From positions 310,001-374,000 of the forward strand of contig MU058456.1 of NCBI GenBank assembly GCA_013265495.1: a DNA stretch of 64,000 nt, in the 5' to 3' direction. The notes beneath the pieces are model-generated. The model searched no databases. It was not told where the DNA came from and saw only the letters and a list, made by a program, of their open reading frames with translations. Made by a program: the position numbers and the translations under genes. This document shows, piece after piece, positions 1-11,774 of the stretch. Position 1 is the first letter of the stretch; the number at the start of each line of letters is the position of its first letter. This DNA comes from Vicugna vicugna. Its lineage: Eukaryota.

Positions 1-990
1 TCCTCGCTCCTGGGCCTACTGCAGTCTGGCTGCTGTTCCCACCAATCTCTATACACCAGCCTCTTGTTGACGAATCCAGTGGACGATTCTCCCTCCATAT
101 GTTGCTCAATATTTGACATCACTGGCCATTTCCAAGCTGGAACCAGTCCCTCCCTTGTCCTCTCGGACACCACTCATCTGTTTTCCCTCTTACCTCTCTG
201 GCCAGCCATGTGCCTCTCCTGGCTACTGGTTTTCTTCAGCCCAGTCCTTAATGCTGATGCTGTGAGGGTTCCACCCTAGGGTCTAGTCTCTCCTCACCCT
301 GTATACTAGTCCTGGGGTGTTTCATCTATCGCTCTGGCTTCTAGAGAGTGATGAGTACCTAACCTAGATCTTTTGCCTAATTGTCTTTCCCAACTTTCAA
401 AACCATATATTCACCAGTCTACTTCAAACTCAGTATGTCCAACACCAAGCCCATTTCCCCACCTTAATTCCCTTCCTCCGTATGTGGCATTATTATCCCT
501 GCAGCAACTAAAGCCAGAAACCTGGGGATCATCCTGTCTCCTCCCCCTCCACCACCTCCCCCTCTCCTAAGTCTAATTAATCATGTCTCTCCATCCACTC
601 AGTAGCATCCTGGTTCAGGCTACTTTGATTTCTCCATGAATTATTGCAATGGCCAAAGCCACCTCTCAAAAATAAAGTCGTCACTCTATGTAAATCACTG
701 TAACATCTCCCTCATCCTCAGGATTAAACTGCAAGCTTTTCACTTGTCTTCAAGACGCACTGCCACTTTGTTACTGTTTTCCTGTGTAACATCGCCCCTT
801 CCCTACCATATCCTGACCCCGACCCCCGACGCTCTGCCCCAGCCATCATGAGCTACTTCAGTCATTTCAATTCACCCTGCCTCCTCTTGTCCCAGATTTT
901 GCATACGCTGGTCTCTCTTCCTAAAATACTCTTCTCACTCTGAGACTAGCTACGTCTTGCCCATGCATCAGTCTCGGCTTAGCTGTTGCC
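1..990 (+). mobile_element. L2 LINE 3' region fragment (ancient)
   Basis: L2-like motifs 'cttcaaactcagtatgtccaa' and 'ttctccatgaattattgcaatggcc'; pyrimidine-rich; continues at about 1490-1590 and 2630-2745. Confidence 0.7.
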
Positions 991-1004
991 AAGGACCTTG
1001 GTCA

Positions 1005-1485
1005 TTGTTTGGCTATGTTCACACTTCCTTTAGCATCTTGATTGACTTCTGGAGAATTAACCCTGTTTTCTTTTGGGTGTCCTTGGCTAGATGGTAAACT
1101 GAGATGTCTACCTCTTATCATAGAACCTAAATTGAGTTAGCTCCTTTCTCTCATGCCCCTGATAGAGTAGATGAGCTGTGACCTATGCTGATCAGTCAGA
1201 TGCTTTTATCCGGGGCTTTGATCTTGTATAAATAGTGCTGGGATGAAAGACATTGGAATTCCTCCACACCAGGGCAGGGCTCTGACTGGACTGTTCTGGC
1301 CCAGACACCCTGCCTGTGTTCCTATTTCCCAACAATTCAAAACTGCCCTGATTTCTGTCTCTTCTAAGCCTAATTCTCCAGCTCTTCTATTGATTCTCTT
1401 TGTATCCAATATCCTTTTACTAAATTTCCTTATTTTTAAGTTAGAAAGAGTTGGTTTCAGTTCTTTTTTCATCTGTAAAGCATTC
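1005..1485 (+). mobile_element. ERVL LTR, LTR33-like
   Basis: 3' end 'taaatttccttatttttaagttagaaagagttggtttcagtt' resembles the LTR33 terminus; interrupts the L2. Confidence 0.55.
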
Positions 1486-1592
1486 TTGTCTCCTTAGCCT
1501 TCCTGTGGGATCATTCTTATCAGAGTAGTTACTTCTGTACAATGTGTTAAAATATCACTTCTCTGTTTCTCCTACTAGACCATAAACTTCTT

Positions 1593-2629
1593 TTTTTAAT
1601 ATTTTTTATTGAAGTGTAGTTGATTTACAGTGTTGTGTTAGTTTCAGATGTACAACAAAGTGATTCAGTTATACATATATATATACATATTCTTTTTCAG
1701 ATCCTTTTACATTATAGGTTATTATAAGATATTGAATATAGTTCCCTGTGCTATACAGTAGATCCTTGATTATCTGTTTTATACATAGTGATGTGTATCT
1801 ATTAATCCCAAATTCCTGATTTATCCTTTTCTTCCTTTTCCCTTTGGTAACCATAAGTTTATTTTCAATGTATGTGAGTCTGTTTCTGTTTTGTAAATAA
1901 GTTTACCTATGTATTTTTTTAGATTCCATATATATGTGGTATCATATGATGTTTGTCTTTCTCTGTCTGACTTACTTCACTTAGTATGGTAATCTCTAGG
2001 TTCATCCATGTTGCTGCCAATGGCAATATTTTGTCCTTTCTATGGCTGAGTAATATTCTGTTGTATATATATGCCATATCTTTTTTATCCATTCATCTGT
2101 CAACAGACATTTAGGTTGCTTCCATGACTTGGCAATTGTAAATAGTGCTGCTGTGAACATTGGGGTGTATTCCATGTATCTTTTTGAATTAGAGTTTTTG
2201 TCTTTTCTGGAGTGGGACTGCTGGATCATATGGTAAGTCTGTTTTTAGTTTTTTAAGGAAACTTCATACTGTTTTCCATAGTGGCTGCACCAATTTATAT
2301 TCCCAACAACAATGCAGGAAGGTTCCCTTTTCTCCACACCCTTTACAGCTTTTTATTATTTGTAGACTTTTTGACGATGGCCATTCTGACTGGGATGAGG
2401 TATTGATTTGCATTTGTCTAATAATTAGCGATGTTGAGCATCTTTTCATGTGTCTGTTGGCCATCTGTATGTCTTCTTTGAAGAAATGTCTATTTAGGTC
2501 TTCTGCCCACTTTTTGATGGGATAGCTTTTGTCTTTTTGCTTTTTGATATTGAGCTGTATGAGCTGTTTGTGTATTTTGGAAATTAATACCATGTAGGTT
2601 TGCAAATATTTTGTCCCATTTCGTAGGTT
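1593..2629 (-). mobile_element. 5'-truncated L1 (cetartiodactyl-type 3' end plus ORF2 C-terminus)
   Basis: Poly-T at left; ORF2-like peptides [35 protein letters not shown] and TPMFTAALFTIAKSWKQPKC; diverged 17-bp TSD at 1576-1592 and 2630-2646. Confidence 0.95.
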
Positions 2630-2745
2630 TAGATTGTAAACTTCTTGAGGGCAAGGACAGTAACTTGTTTATTATGCTATACCCAGAGCAAAGCACAGTG
2701 GCTGGTACATAGTAAACATTTAATAAGCAATTGAGAAATGTGTGA
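2630..2745 (+). mobile_element. L2 3' terminus
   Basis: 'agattgtaaacttcttgagggcaaggac...gctggtacatagtaaacatttaataa' matches the L2 3' end. Confidence 0.8.
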
Positions 2746-3029
2746 GTGCAGTTTCATTCTCTGAAAGGAACAGAATAAATGTGGAAAAGACTTATGATCC
2801 ATTGATTCTAGTGTTTCCCAAACTATTGCCAGCTTACATAAATTATCACCAGAAAGTTCCATTAATGCTTCCTCTCCCCAATGGCAAAACCATGCAGATA
2901 ATTGTACAAAATCCAAGCCAAACTAAAATATCAAAACAGGAACTTTATTTCTAAGAAGACAGAATAGACATACTTTTCCCTCTTCTACCACCTAAGTACA
3001 ACAAAAATCCCTGGCAAAGTTTCGCAAGC

Positions 3030-3890
3030 AAAACCACAGTGAGCTATTACATCACGCGTTTTAGAATGGCTATTATCAAAAAGACAAGAAATAACAAGCA
3101 TTAGCAAGGATATGGAGAAAAGGGAACCCTTTTGCACTGTTGTTGGGAAAGTAAATTGGTGCAGCCACTACAGAAAACATTACAGAGTTTCCTCAAAAAG
3201 TTAAAAATCAAAGTACCATGTGATACAGCAATTCCACTTTTGCGTATCTATCCAAAGGAAATGAAATCACTGTCTTAAAGAGAAATCTACACTTCCATGT
3301 TCATTGCAGCATTAGTCACGATGGCCAAGACTTGGAAACAACCTGAGTGTCTATCAAAGGTTGAATGGATAAAGAAAATGTGGTATATATGTATACAATG
3401 GAACACTGTTTAGCCATTAAAAAACATGGAAGTTCTGCCATCTGCAACAACATGAATGGACCTTGAGGGTGATATACTGAGTGAAATAAATCAGACAAAG
3501 ACAAATACTATATGATCTCACTTATATGTAAAAAACCAAATTCATAGAAACAGAGATCAGATTTGGGGGATAGGGGCTGGGGAATTAGAAGGTGATCCAA
3601 AGTTACAAATGTCCAGTAATAAGATAAATAAGATCTGGGGATGTAATGTACGTGATGACTATAGTTAACCATACTGTATCGTATATTTGAAAGTCACTAA
3701 GAGAGTAGATCTTAAAAATTCTTATCACAAGAAAATAGTTGTAACTATGTGAGGTGATGGATGTTAACTAAACTTATTATGCTAATCATTTCACAGTACA
3801 TACATATATCAAATCATTACATTGTATACCTTAAAATTATAAAATGTTATGTTTCAATTATATCTCAATAAAACTGGAAAAAAAGAAAAT
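3030..3890 (+). mobile_element. L1 3' end (L1MA-like)
   Basis: 'agaatggctattatcaaaaagacaagaaataacaag' through 'tatctcaataaaactggaaaaaaa'. Confidence 0.9.
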
Positions 3891-3939
3891 TATGCAATAA
3901 CCATAAAATGTAACAGTATATGTTAAAAGTAATGTGTAA

Positions 3940-4606
3940 TTGATCATCAGGGAAATGCAGAACTGCAATGCAACACCACTACACACCCACTAGAAGGGCC
4001 AAAATGTAGAAGTGTTGATAAGGATGTGGAGGAACTGAAATTCTCATACATTGCTGGAGGGAGTGTAAATTGGTATAATTACCATTGAAAATGGGCAGTT
4101 TCTTTTCTAATAAAACTGAGCATACACATAACATTGTGACTCTAAATAGATGGAGAGACATGCCATGTTTGTGGATTAGAATAATGAACATAATAAAGAT
4201 GTCAATGCTCCTTCAAATGATAGATTTCACACAATTCCTATCAAAATCCCAGAAAATTTTTTATAACTGTAGATAAGATTATTCTTAAATGTATGGAAAG
4301 GAAAAGGGACTATAATAGCTAGAAAAATTTTGGAAAAGAAATAAAGTGGAGGAATCAGTCTGCATGATTTCAAGATTTATATAACTAAAATAATCAAGAT
4401 TTGCGTGGTATTGATGGAAGGATAGATCCATAGATCAATGCAACAGAATTGAGAATTGTACGGCTTTTCCAACAAATGGCACCACTGGGACTTGGACATT
4501 CATAGGCAAAACAAACAAACAAACAACAAACAAAAACAAAAACAAAAACAAGACGGAAGGAAGACCCAAGTCTCACATCTTAATATAAAAGTAAACTCAA
4601 AATGGG
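3940..4606 (+). mobile_element. Old L1 ORF2 fragments
   Basis: LNRWRDMPCLWIRIMNIIKMSML is an L1 ORF2-like peptide; 'aaagtaaactcaaaatgg'. Confidence 0.85.
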
Positions 4607-4935
4607 TTGTCGTACTAAGTGAAGTAGGCCAGAAAGAGAAAGGAAAATACCATATGACATCACTTACATATGCAATCTAAAAAAATGACACGAATGGACT
4701 TATTTACAAAACAGAAACATACTCAGAGACATAGAAAACAAACTTATGGTTACCGGGGGGGAGGTGGAGGGGGTGGAGGGATAATTTGGGAATTTGGGAT
4801 TTGCAGATACTAACTACTATATATAAATAGATAAACGCCAAGGTCCGACTGTGTAGCACAGGGAACTGTATTCAGTACCTTGTAGTAGCCTATAATGAAA
4901 AAGAATATGAAAAAGAATATATATATGTATAATAA
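4607..4935 (+). mobile_element. Young camelid-type L1 3' end
   Basis: 'actaagtgaagtaggccagaaagagaaag...catagaaaacaaacttatggttacc...gtagcacagggaact'. Confidence 0.9.
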
Positions 4936-4939
4936 AAGT

Positions 4940-5110
4940 ATAGGAAATGATATATCATGCAAATAACAATCAAAGAAAGTTGGAGTGACTATATTAATGT
5001 CAGACAAGACACACTTGAGAACAAGGAATATTACCAGCAGTAAAGGGGCATCATGCAATAAGAAAAGTATCAATTTACCAAGAAGATACGATAATCCTAA
5101 TTGTGTATTC
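4940..5110 (+). mobile_element. L1 ORF2 endonuclease-region fragment
   Basis: 'catgcaaataacaatcaaagaaagttggagtgactatattaatgtcagacaa' resembles HANxNQKKAGVAILISDK. Confidence 0.8.
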
Positions 5111-6059
5111 AAGATTTGTTGTAGTTTGACAAATAACTAGTTGATTAGTTTTTTTGTGTTTTTTAAAATAGCTTTGGTTTTGTAGGCAGAGCCTAAAAGA
5201 ATGAGTGTAGTCTTTATCAGATACATAAATTCACACTTATTGTTTCCTGTAATAGTTTACAAAATGAATTCCTAGTTGTTTCTCAATCAACAAAACACCC
5301 CTTGGAAGCGTGTATTCTTCAGCCGTCATACAGGGTAGGAGTCTTGGGTGAATATGGCAAATGGCTTCCGACAGGCTGGTTCCTGCTTTCTGACCCTACA
5401 AGGTCTGAGTGTTTGGAGTTATAACTCAGGCCTGGCGTGAACAGTCAGAAACGACCTCACACTTGCTGCCCTCAGTCCCAGTTTGCAGCATGCTTTCTGC
5501 CTTCTGACTTAATGAAAAACACACCTCTGGAAAACAAAGCAATGGCCTTAGAAATTCTCTGAGCTCCTGGCCTTCCTTGAGGGCTCCTTACTGGCTGCAG
5601 GAGGACCATGTGGGTGGATCTTCATCTGACCTTCACCTGCCGCTGGAGGTGTTTCTTCAGTGTCCTTTCTTTATGGCCTGGAGGGTCACCACCTGATTCT
5701 GATTCCTTCTGTGTTTTCTCACGAGGTAAGCGCGAAGTTGTTGGCCAGTCTAACTACTGGCTTTGACCCATCTGCCAATTGTTTCTTTAAATCACAGAAT
5801 AGAATATATGGAGGGGAATAAGTAACCAAAAAGATATTGGTAGATTGCTGCCATAAATAAAACCGTAAGATGAAATTATCAAGAGTAAACATCAAGTCCA
5901 ATATTTATATTTAAAAGATCAGTTTCATTGTAATCACCATATAGGAGGCCACTGTGAGGAATCCTGAGGAAACTGGTAGCAGGGTGACTATCTGAGAGTG
6001 AAGGTCAATTTAAAGTGAATGAGGACAAAGGGTATACGTGTACACATCCATCCACACAA

Positions 6060-7330
6060 GCCTACAGACCAGTCTCACTCATGCCAATCAGTACAGTAAT
6101 CCTAAATAAAATATGTGCAAACAGATAGCATATTAAAAGATTAATATTACATGACCAAAGGAATTTATTCCATAAATGCTAGGATGTTTCAACATTTGTA
6201 CATTTATTAATGTAGATCCCATTAATGGATAGAAGTAGAAAAATCATCTGATCATTTCTATAAGCATTGTGAAGGCTGTTGAGAAAATTCAATATCTATT
6301 CTTTATTGTTTGAGAAGTTTGAATAGAATGAGAATCAGATGTTATTCTGTTGTGCAAAACCCAGCATTATGCAAAACAGGGAAAGAGTAGACGCATTCCT
6401 ATTAAAGTCAGGAACAAGAAACAGACGCATTCTCACTGGTGTTACTGATCATGGTCTGGTAGTGTTCATCGGCACAATTAGAAAAGAGACAGAAATAAGT
6501 GGTTTAAAAATTGAAACAGAGTACATAAAATTATAATTTTATAATATAACTATTTGACTAAAAAATCCAAGAGAGTAAAAATTGAAATACTGTTAATAGT
6601 TAGGGAATTCAATAAGGTAACCAAACACGGATCATATATGGAAATCACTAGCTTTCAGATATATGAACTATAATCAATCAGAACAAGAGAACCTCAGAAA
6701 AAATTCAAAGTGCATAAAATACTTATGAGTAAACCTAACAAGAAATGTGCAAGATCTATAGAAAGAACATTTTAAATACTGGTGAGGATCACAAAAGGAG
6801 ACTTGATAGTATTAGCTAAATGGTTTGAGATCATTGTACGAAGGCACAGACTGTTGAAAATACATGAATTTGAATATATGGGAAGAAGTGTGCTTTTGAA
6901 TATATATAATAACCCTCCCTCAGTGGTTCTCAAGAAGTAGTTTCAATAAGTGTAATTAAACAAGTAAAAAAAAAAAGGAGACTTGAACAAATGATCTGTA
7001 TACTGACTAGGCAATTGTATCATCATCAAGATATGAATTATTCCTAAGATATGCTAAAATTATAATACACTTTCAATAAAATGCAAACTGAAGTCTTTTG
7101 GAACTAGGCAAGCTAATTCTAAAATTTATAGGGAAAAATAAATAAGAAAGCTAGGAAAATTTCAAAAGAAAAAATGAGAGATTGTCTTTTACTAAATATG
7201 AAAACGTAATATTCAAAACAGTGTTAACACTAGGCCTTAAATAGACGAATGGGAAAAAAAATAGAAAGTCTAGAAATTGACCCTCACACATGGAGAAATT
7301 TATTGTGTGATAAACATGGCTTTTCTGATC
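6060..7330 (+). mobile_element. Ancient L1M ORF2 (RT region), degraded
   Basis: 'gcattcctattaaagtcaggaacaagaaa' (AFLLKSGTR) and 'aacctaacaagaaatgtgcaagatctata'; interrupted at 6807-6972. Confidence 0.85.
6807..6972 (+). pseudogene. Short polyadenylated retroposed insert of unknown source
   Basis: Perfect 14-bp flanking repeats aaaaggagacttga (6793-6806, 6973-6986), 3' A-tract, and the host L1 resumes after it. Confidence 0.7.
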
Positions 7331-7349
7331 AGTGGGTGGGCTGATTATT

Positions 7350-7845
7350 TGTTAGCGCTGAGCTCCTTTCTTAACTGTCCATGCTCTCGGATGTTCCAGA
7401 GTTGCTGGCTGAAAGCCAGTGTGCTATGTTTCCAGATTTCCTCATCAGCTTCCTTTGGTTAGGTTCTGCGAATGGGAGTCATTGGTTGGGATTGAGGAGC
7501 AAGAAGTAAGAAGGAGCCATTTTTATGTCTATGGCGCCTCTTCTTGCAGTAAGAGCGTCAGTGAGATGCTGGCAGCATGACTAAAGTTTAAGTTCCTGGG
7601 TTCCTGCTTAGTGTCTGCTGTGAGGTTCCATAAAAAAAGCACTGACTGTGCTACCAACATTTCAGCAGGGGGCACCAACTGGGGGGTTTCCAGAGAGGGG
7701 GGTACTAGGGGCTTTGTGATCACTGGTTAATATCGCTTTCTCCCTTTGTTCCTTTAGTTCAATGTCTTTGTCACTAATTCATTGCATTCAATTCTCCCTG
7801 CTTGAAATAGTGCTTTGAGATTTCTGACAGGACATACACTGATGC
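7350..7845 (+). mobile_element. ERVL-class solo LTR (LTR41/LTR16-like)
   Basis: 'tatgtttccagatttcc...ggttaggttctgcgaatgggag' and 3' 'attcaattctccctgcttgaaatag'; interrupts the L1. Confidence 0.5.
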
Positions 7846-7849
7846 CAGG

Positions 7850-8270
7850 AGAAAATAATAAATTATTCAATAAATGATGTTGGTGAAACTAGGTAGTCAA
7901 CCTGTGAAGGATACATTACACCTTATACCAAAATACATTTCAGATGAATCAAGGATTTGAATGTAAAAGAAATAAATCATAAAAACATATAAGAAAACAT
8001 GGTGGATAAAAAAAAAATCTCAGAGGGCAGGTCTTTCTAAGATGTTCCAGATAAGAAACACTTGAAAAATTTAATTCCATAAAAAATGTTGACATGTCAA
8101 AAAAAAAAAAAGTCCCAGCACAAAGGAAATCAAGAAACAGGAAAAATATTAACAATGTCTATTTGTAGACAAACACCAAAACCCCAAAAGAAAAATTAGC
8201 AAAAATCATGGACAGGAAGTTTACAGACAGAATATATGAATGATTCTTTAAACAAACAAACAAACAAAAC
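7850..8270 (+). mobile_element. Ancient L1M ORF2, continuation
   Basis: 'ttattcaataaatgatgttgg' and 'cagatgaatcaaggatttgaatgtaaaa'. Confidence 0.8.
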
Positions 8271-8271
8271 A

Positions 8272-8600
8272 CGAATTCACTAGTGAAACCATCTGGTCAT
8301 GGGCTTTTCTTTGCTGGGAAGTTTTAATTACTGATTCGGTCTCCCTACTCATTATTGGTCTGTTGAGATTACTATTTCCTCATGATTCAGTTTTGGTAAG
8401 TAATATGCATCTAATTCATTTATTTCTTCTAGGTTATCCAATTTGTTGGCTTCTAATTGTTCATAGTGGCCTCCTATGACCCATTTTACTTCTCTGGTAT
8501 TAGTTGTTAATGTCTCCTCTTTCACTTCTGCTTTTATTATTTTTTTTCTCTTTTTTCTTAGTTATACTAGCTAAAGTTTTGTCAATCTTGTTTATCCTGA
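8272..8600 (-). mobile_element. L1 ORF2 fragment, antisense
   Basis: 'aattcactagtgaaaccatctggtcatgggcttttctttg...ctagctaaagttttgtcaat' is antisense L1 ORF2. Confidence 0.85.
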
Positions 8601-8740
8601 AATGTGTTGGATATGTCTGTTATCTTGATTGTGGTGACGATATCATGAGTGTTTGCAATTTGTCTACACTCATCAAATTGTATATATTAAATGTATGCAG
8701 TCCTTTGTATATCAGTTATACTTCAATGAGGCTATTAAAA
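8600..8740 (+). mobile_element. L1MC/ME-like 3' terminus
   Basis: 'tatcttgattgtggtga...actcatcaaattgtatatattaaatgtatgcag...ttatacttcaat'. Confidence 0.75.
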
Positions 8741-8781
8741 TACTCAGTCTCACTCATAATAAGAAAATGCACATTAAAACC

Positions 8782-8886
8782 TCTGTTTATCTGTCTGTCT
8801 GCCTACCTATCTATAACTGAATCATTTTGCTGTATACCTGAAACTAACACAAAATTATAAATCACCTACACTTCAATTTAAAAGAA
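8782..8886 (+). mobile_element. Very short L1 3' tip (cetartiodactyl-type)
   Basis: 'tataactgaatcattttgctgtatacctgaaactaacacaaaattataaatcacctacacttcaat'. Confidence 0.85.
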
Positions 8887-9005
8887 GTGTAGGTATCATC
8901 AGTAATAGAATTGATAAGTAGTGATTTATTCATTAAAAAAATCCACAGAAGATACCATTTCTACTCATCAGATTGGCCAAAAAAAAAAAAAGTTGGAGAA
9001 CTCAC

Positions 9006-9548
9006 TGTGGTGACTGGTGATGGAAAATAACACCTACAAATTCTTTGATACTCTTCCTCTTCAAGAGAGGAAACTCAGTTTTCCTCCCTTTAAGTGTGGG
9101 CTGGACTCAGTGGCTCACTTCTAATGAGTAAAGTGTAGTAGACAGAATGGTTTGTGGCTTCTGAGTCTAGGTCATGAAAGGTCACAACAGGCATTGCTGT
9201 TTCCTACTTGCTGTCTCTCTCAGATCCCTTGCTCTGAGGAAAACCAATTGCTCTGTCATGAAGACATCCCAGGAGTCCAGTGGAGAAGTCCCCATGTGGA
9301 GCAGTCGGCGAGGATCTGAGACTTTCTGCCTCTAGACCTGTGAGTGCGACATTTTGGAAGTGGATCCCCTGCCCCAGTTAAGCCAGTTTGGGTGAGTGTG
9401 ATGTTGGCCAACCTAGAGACAGTGAGGCAGAACCACCTAGCTGTGCTCTCTTAAATTCTTGTCTCACAGAAAGTGGGAGAAAATACATGTTGTTTTCAGC
9501 TAGTACGCGTTTTGGTAATTTGTTACTCAGCAATAGGTAACGAATGAA
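9006..9548 (+). mobile_element. MaLR solo LTR, MLT1F-like
   Basis: 'ctacaaattctttgatactcttcct' and 3' 'ttttggtaatttgttactcagcaataggtaac'. Confidence 0.85.
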
Positions 9549-9549
9549 T

Positions 9550-10110
9550 TCGCTCTGTGGTGAGTGTATGGCAACAGGCACCCTCATCAGTTGCTGGTAG
9601 GAATATAAATTGGATCAATGCCATGGAGACATAGCAGGCAATATCTATTACAGTAGAAATGTAATTCCACATCTATAAATACATCCAAAGATACACTTGC
9701 CCAGGTGTGAAATGTTAATTAAACAACTCTATTGCAGTATTGTTTTTAGTGGTAGACTGGAAACAATCTAAATGTGTACTGGGACTAGTGACTGGGACTA
9801 GTTAAATAAATATGATACATCCAGACAATGGAATTCTATGCAGCTGTTAACAAATACTATTCTATAAACAAGGAACAAAACAATGTGTATAGTATACTAT
9901 CATTTGTGTAATGCAAAAGAAAAGGATATGCAGGGATTATCTTTGGATGGATACACAAGAGACTGATAGCGGTGGAGGAGACTGGGGACCGGGAGTGGGA
10001 GAGAACTTCTCACGATACATCTTTTTTTGGATATCTTTTGAAAAAAAATTTCCTTTGCCGTGTGCATGCATGCATTACCTATTCAAAAATTTAAAAAATT
10101 GGAAAACTAA
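9550..10110 (+). mobile_element. Ancient L1ME 3' region
   Basis: 'ttgctggtaggaatataaattgg', 'actggaaacaatctaaatgt' and 'acaatggaattctatgcagctgttaa'. Confidence 0.8.
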
Positions 10111-11399
10111 AATAGATGAAAGGTCATCCATGTTAAGAGAGTTTCTAAAGATGTAGCTGACAAAGAACTAGAAAACCTCCTACTACAATCATGATAGCTA
10201 GGATACCTTCCTGCCTGGAGTATAACTTAAGACAGTTATAACCTTAGCCATTGTATTTTCTTCTGTTTAGACAAAGAATAAATTTATAGGAGGTAAGGGG
10301 TCTGCTTAGAGTCTAGACAGAGAGAAATTAGGTCATGTGGATTTGTCAATATTTACCTAAACCAAGGAAGAACGGCAGTGTTTAGCAGCTGTGAATACTT
10401 TTGTGCTAGGAGGGAATGTTTCATATGACACAAGAGCACTTGATTCTCTTGGTTTAGATTCTGTGCTCACTTGAGCAAGCTTTTGATTACTAATTAAGCT
10501 TCTCTAGGGTTTGTTTTTTTTTTAAACAAGAGATCCCTTTCATATTAGACACAAGTATTGTAGTCACTGGAAAAGTATAGCCCCCATTAGAAATGTTAAG
10601 AGGGTGTTTTAGTTTATACATCAATCTTTCAGGAGTTAGATTTGTGTGAATCAGGCCCAAGAGCCTGAATGGCAGTGACTGCTCTGATATGATGAGTTTC
10701 TTGACCCAAAAAACTGAGGAGCAGTGTCTGGGTAGGTCCCATTTTCCTCTGAGGCCAGTGGAGTAGCCAGCCAGTCTCCCTCTTGGATACTTGAGTGTCC
10801 TCATTTTATCTGTGACAAGCATAAACAGAGCAAAAGGGAGAGCATGCTGAAGAGCTGTTCATGTGACAAATCCCTGTGTGATGTGGAGGTGTGACCCAGC
10901 TGAGAGAAGAAGGCCGAGGAAAGGTCAGCTTCCACAGTTATCACAGGGGCCTGATAATGGAAAATCATTCGCCCACTGGATTCCTTGTTAGACCATTTGG
11001 AAAACCCTTCGCCTTTATAATTCAACAGAAATCTGACCTAAAATCCTTGCAGGTTCTCAGAATTTCTCAGAATTTCTATAGAATATCATATGCACTATGA
11101 AACACATGTGTAATAAAAGTCAAATTGAGATTTGGATGCTGGAGCATCAGCTAAGCATCCTGACTAGCTACATGATTTCATTGCCTTACCTATCACACCA
11201 ACTTGGTGGCATTGATTCCGATTTTTTTTTTTTGCCATAACCAAATGACATTAGAACAGGTGTAGGCCTTGAAAGTCACTCTGCAAATGTTAACTTGGTG
11301 ATTGTGAAAAGTGAGCTAACTTAAAGAAGATTGTTGGAGGCACCTTACTTAAAGAGGGTTGCTCACTAACTTAAGGGTGGGAAGGTTGACATCTTTGTC

Positions 11400-11500
11400 C
11401 ACCCATGCACTGATCCATCCATTCACTTATCCCTTTCTTTAACTCACACTTATTGAATGTCTCCTATTTGCCAACAGCTCTAGTATGTTTTGGGGTTACC
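11400..11500 (-). mobile_element. L2 3' end fragment
   Basis: 'ccatccattcac...acacttattgaatgtctcctatttgcca'. Confidence 0.6.
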
Positions 11501-11544
11501 TGCTGTGAGAAACAGCTGAGGGAACTTCAGATGTACTATCAGAA

Positions 11545-11770
11545 AGAGAAGATTTAAAGGAGACATGGCCGCTGTCTTCAAGTGTGCAAAGAAGGAGAAG
11601 GCTTATCTTGTTTTTCCAGAGGGTACAACTAGGGAAAGTGAATAGGTGATAACGGGTGTCAGACTCGGGCATAAATTACGAAAGAAGCTTTTGACTTCGG
11701 AATGAGCTGCCCCACAATGGAATGCACTGCCTTGCAAAACAGTGGTCTTCCAGCCAGTCAAGGGAACTGC
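11545..11770 (+). mobile_element. CR1/L3 LINE 3' fragment
   Basis: 'ggagacatggccgctgtcttcaag...ccagagggtacaactagg...gagctgcccacaatggaatgcactgcct' matches L3. Confidence 0.8.
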
Positions 11771-11774
11771 CAAA

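Noticed and set aside
2002..2605. ORFs with clear protein similarity
   Set aside because: Frameshifted L1 ORF2 remnants, not host genes.
9778..9802. Short tandem duplication actgggactagt(g)
   Set aside because: Ordinary slippage event within an old L1.
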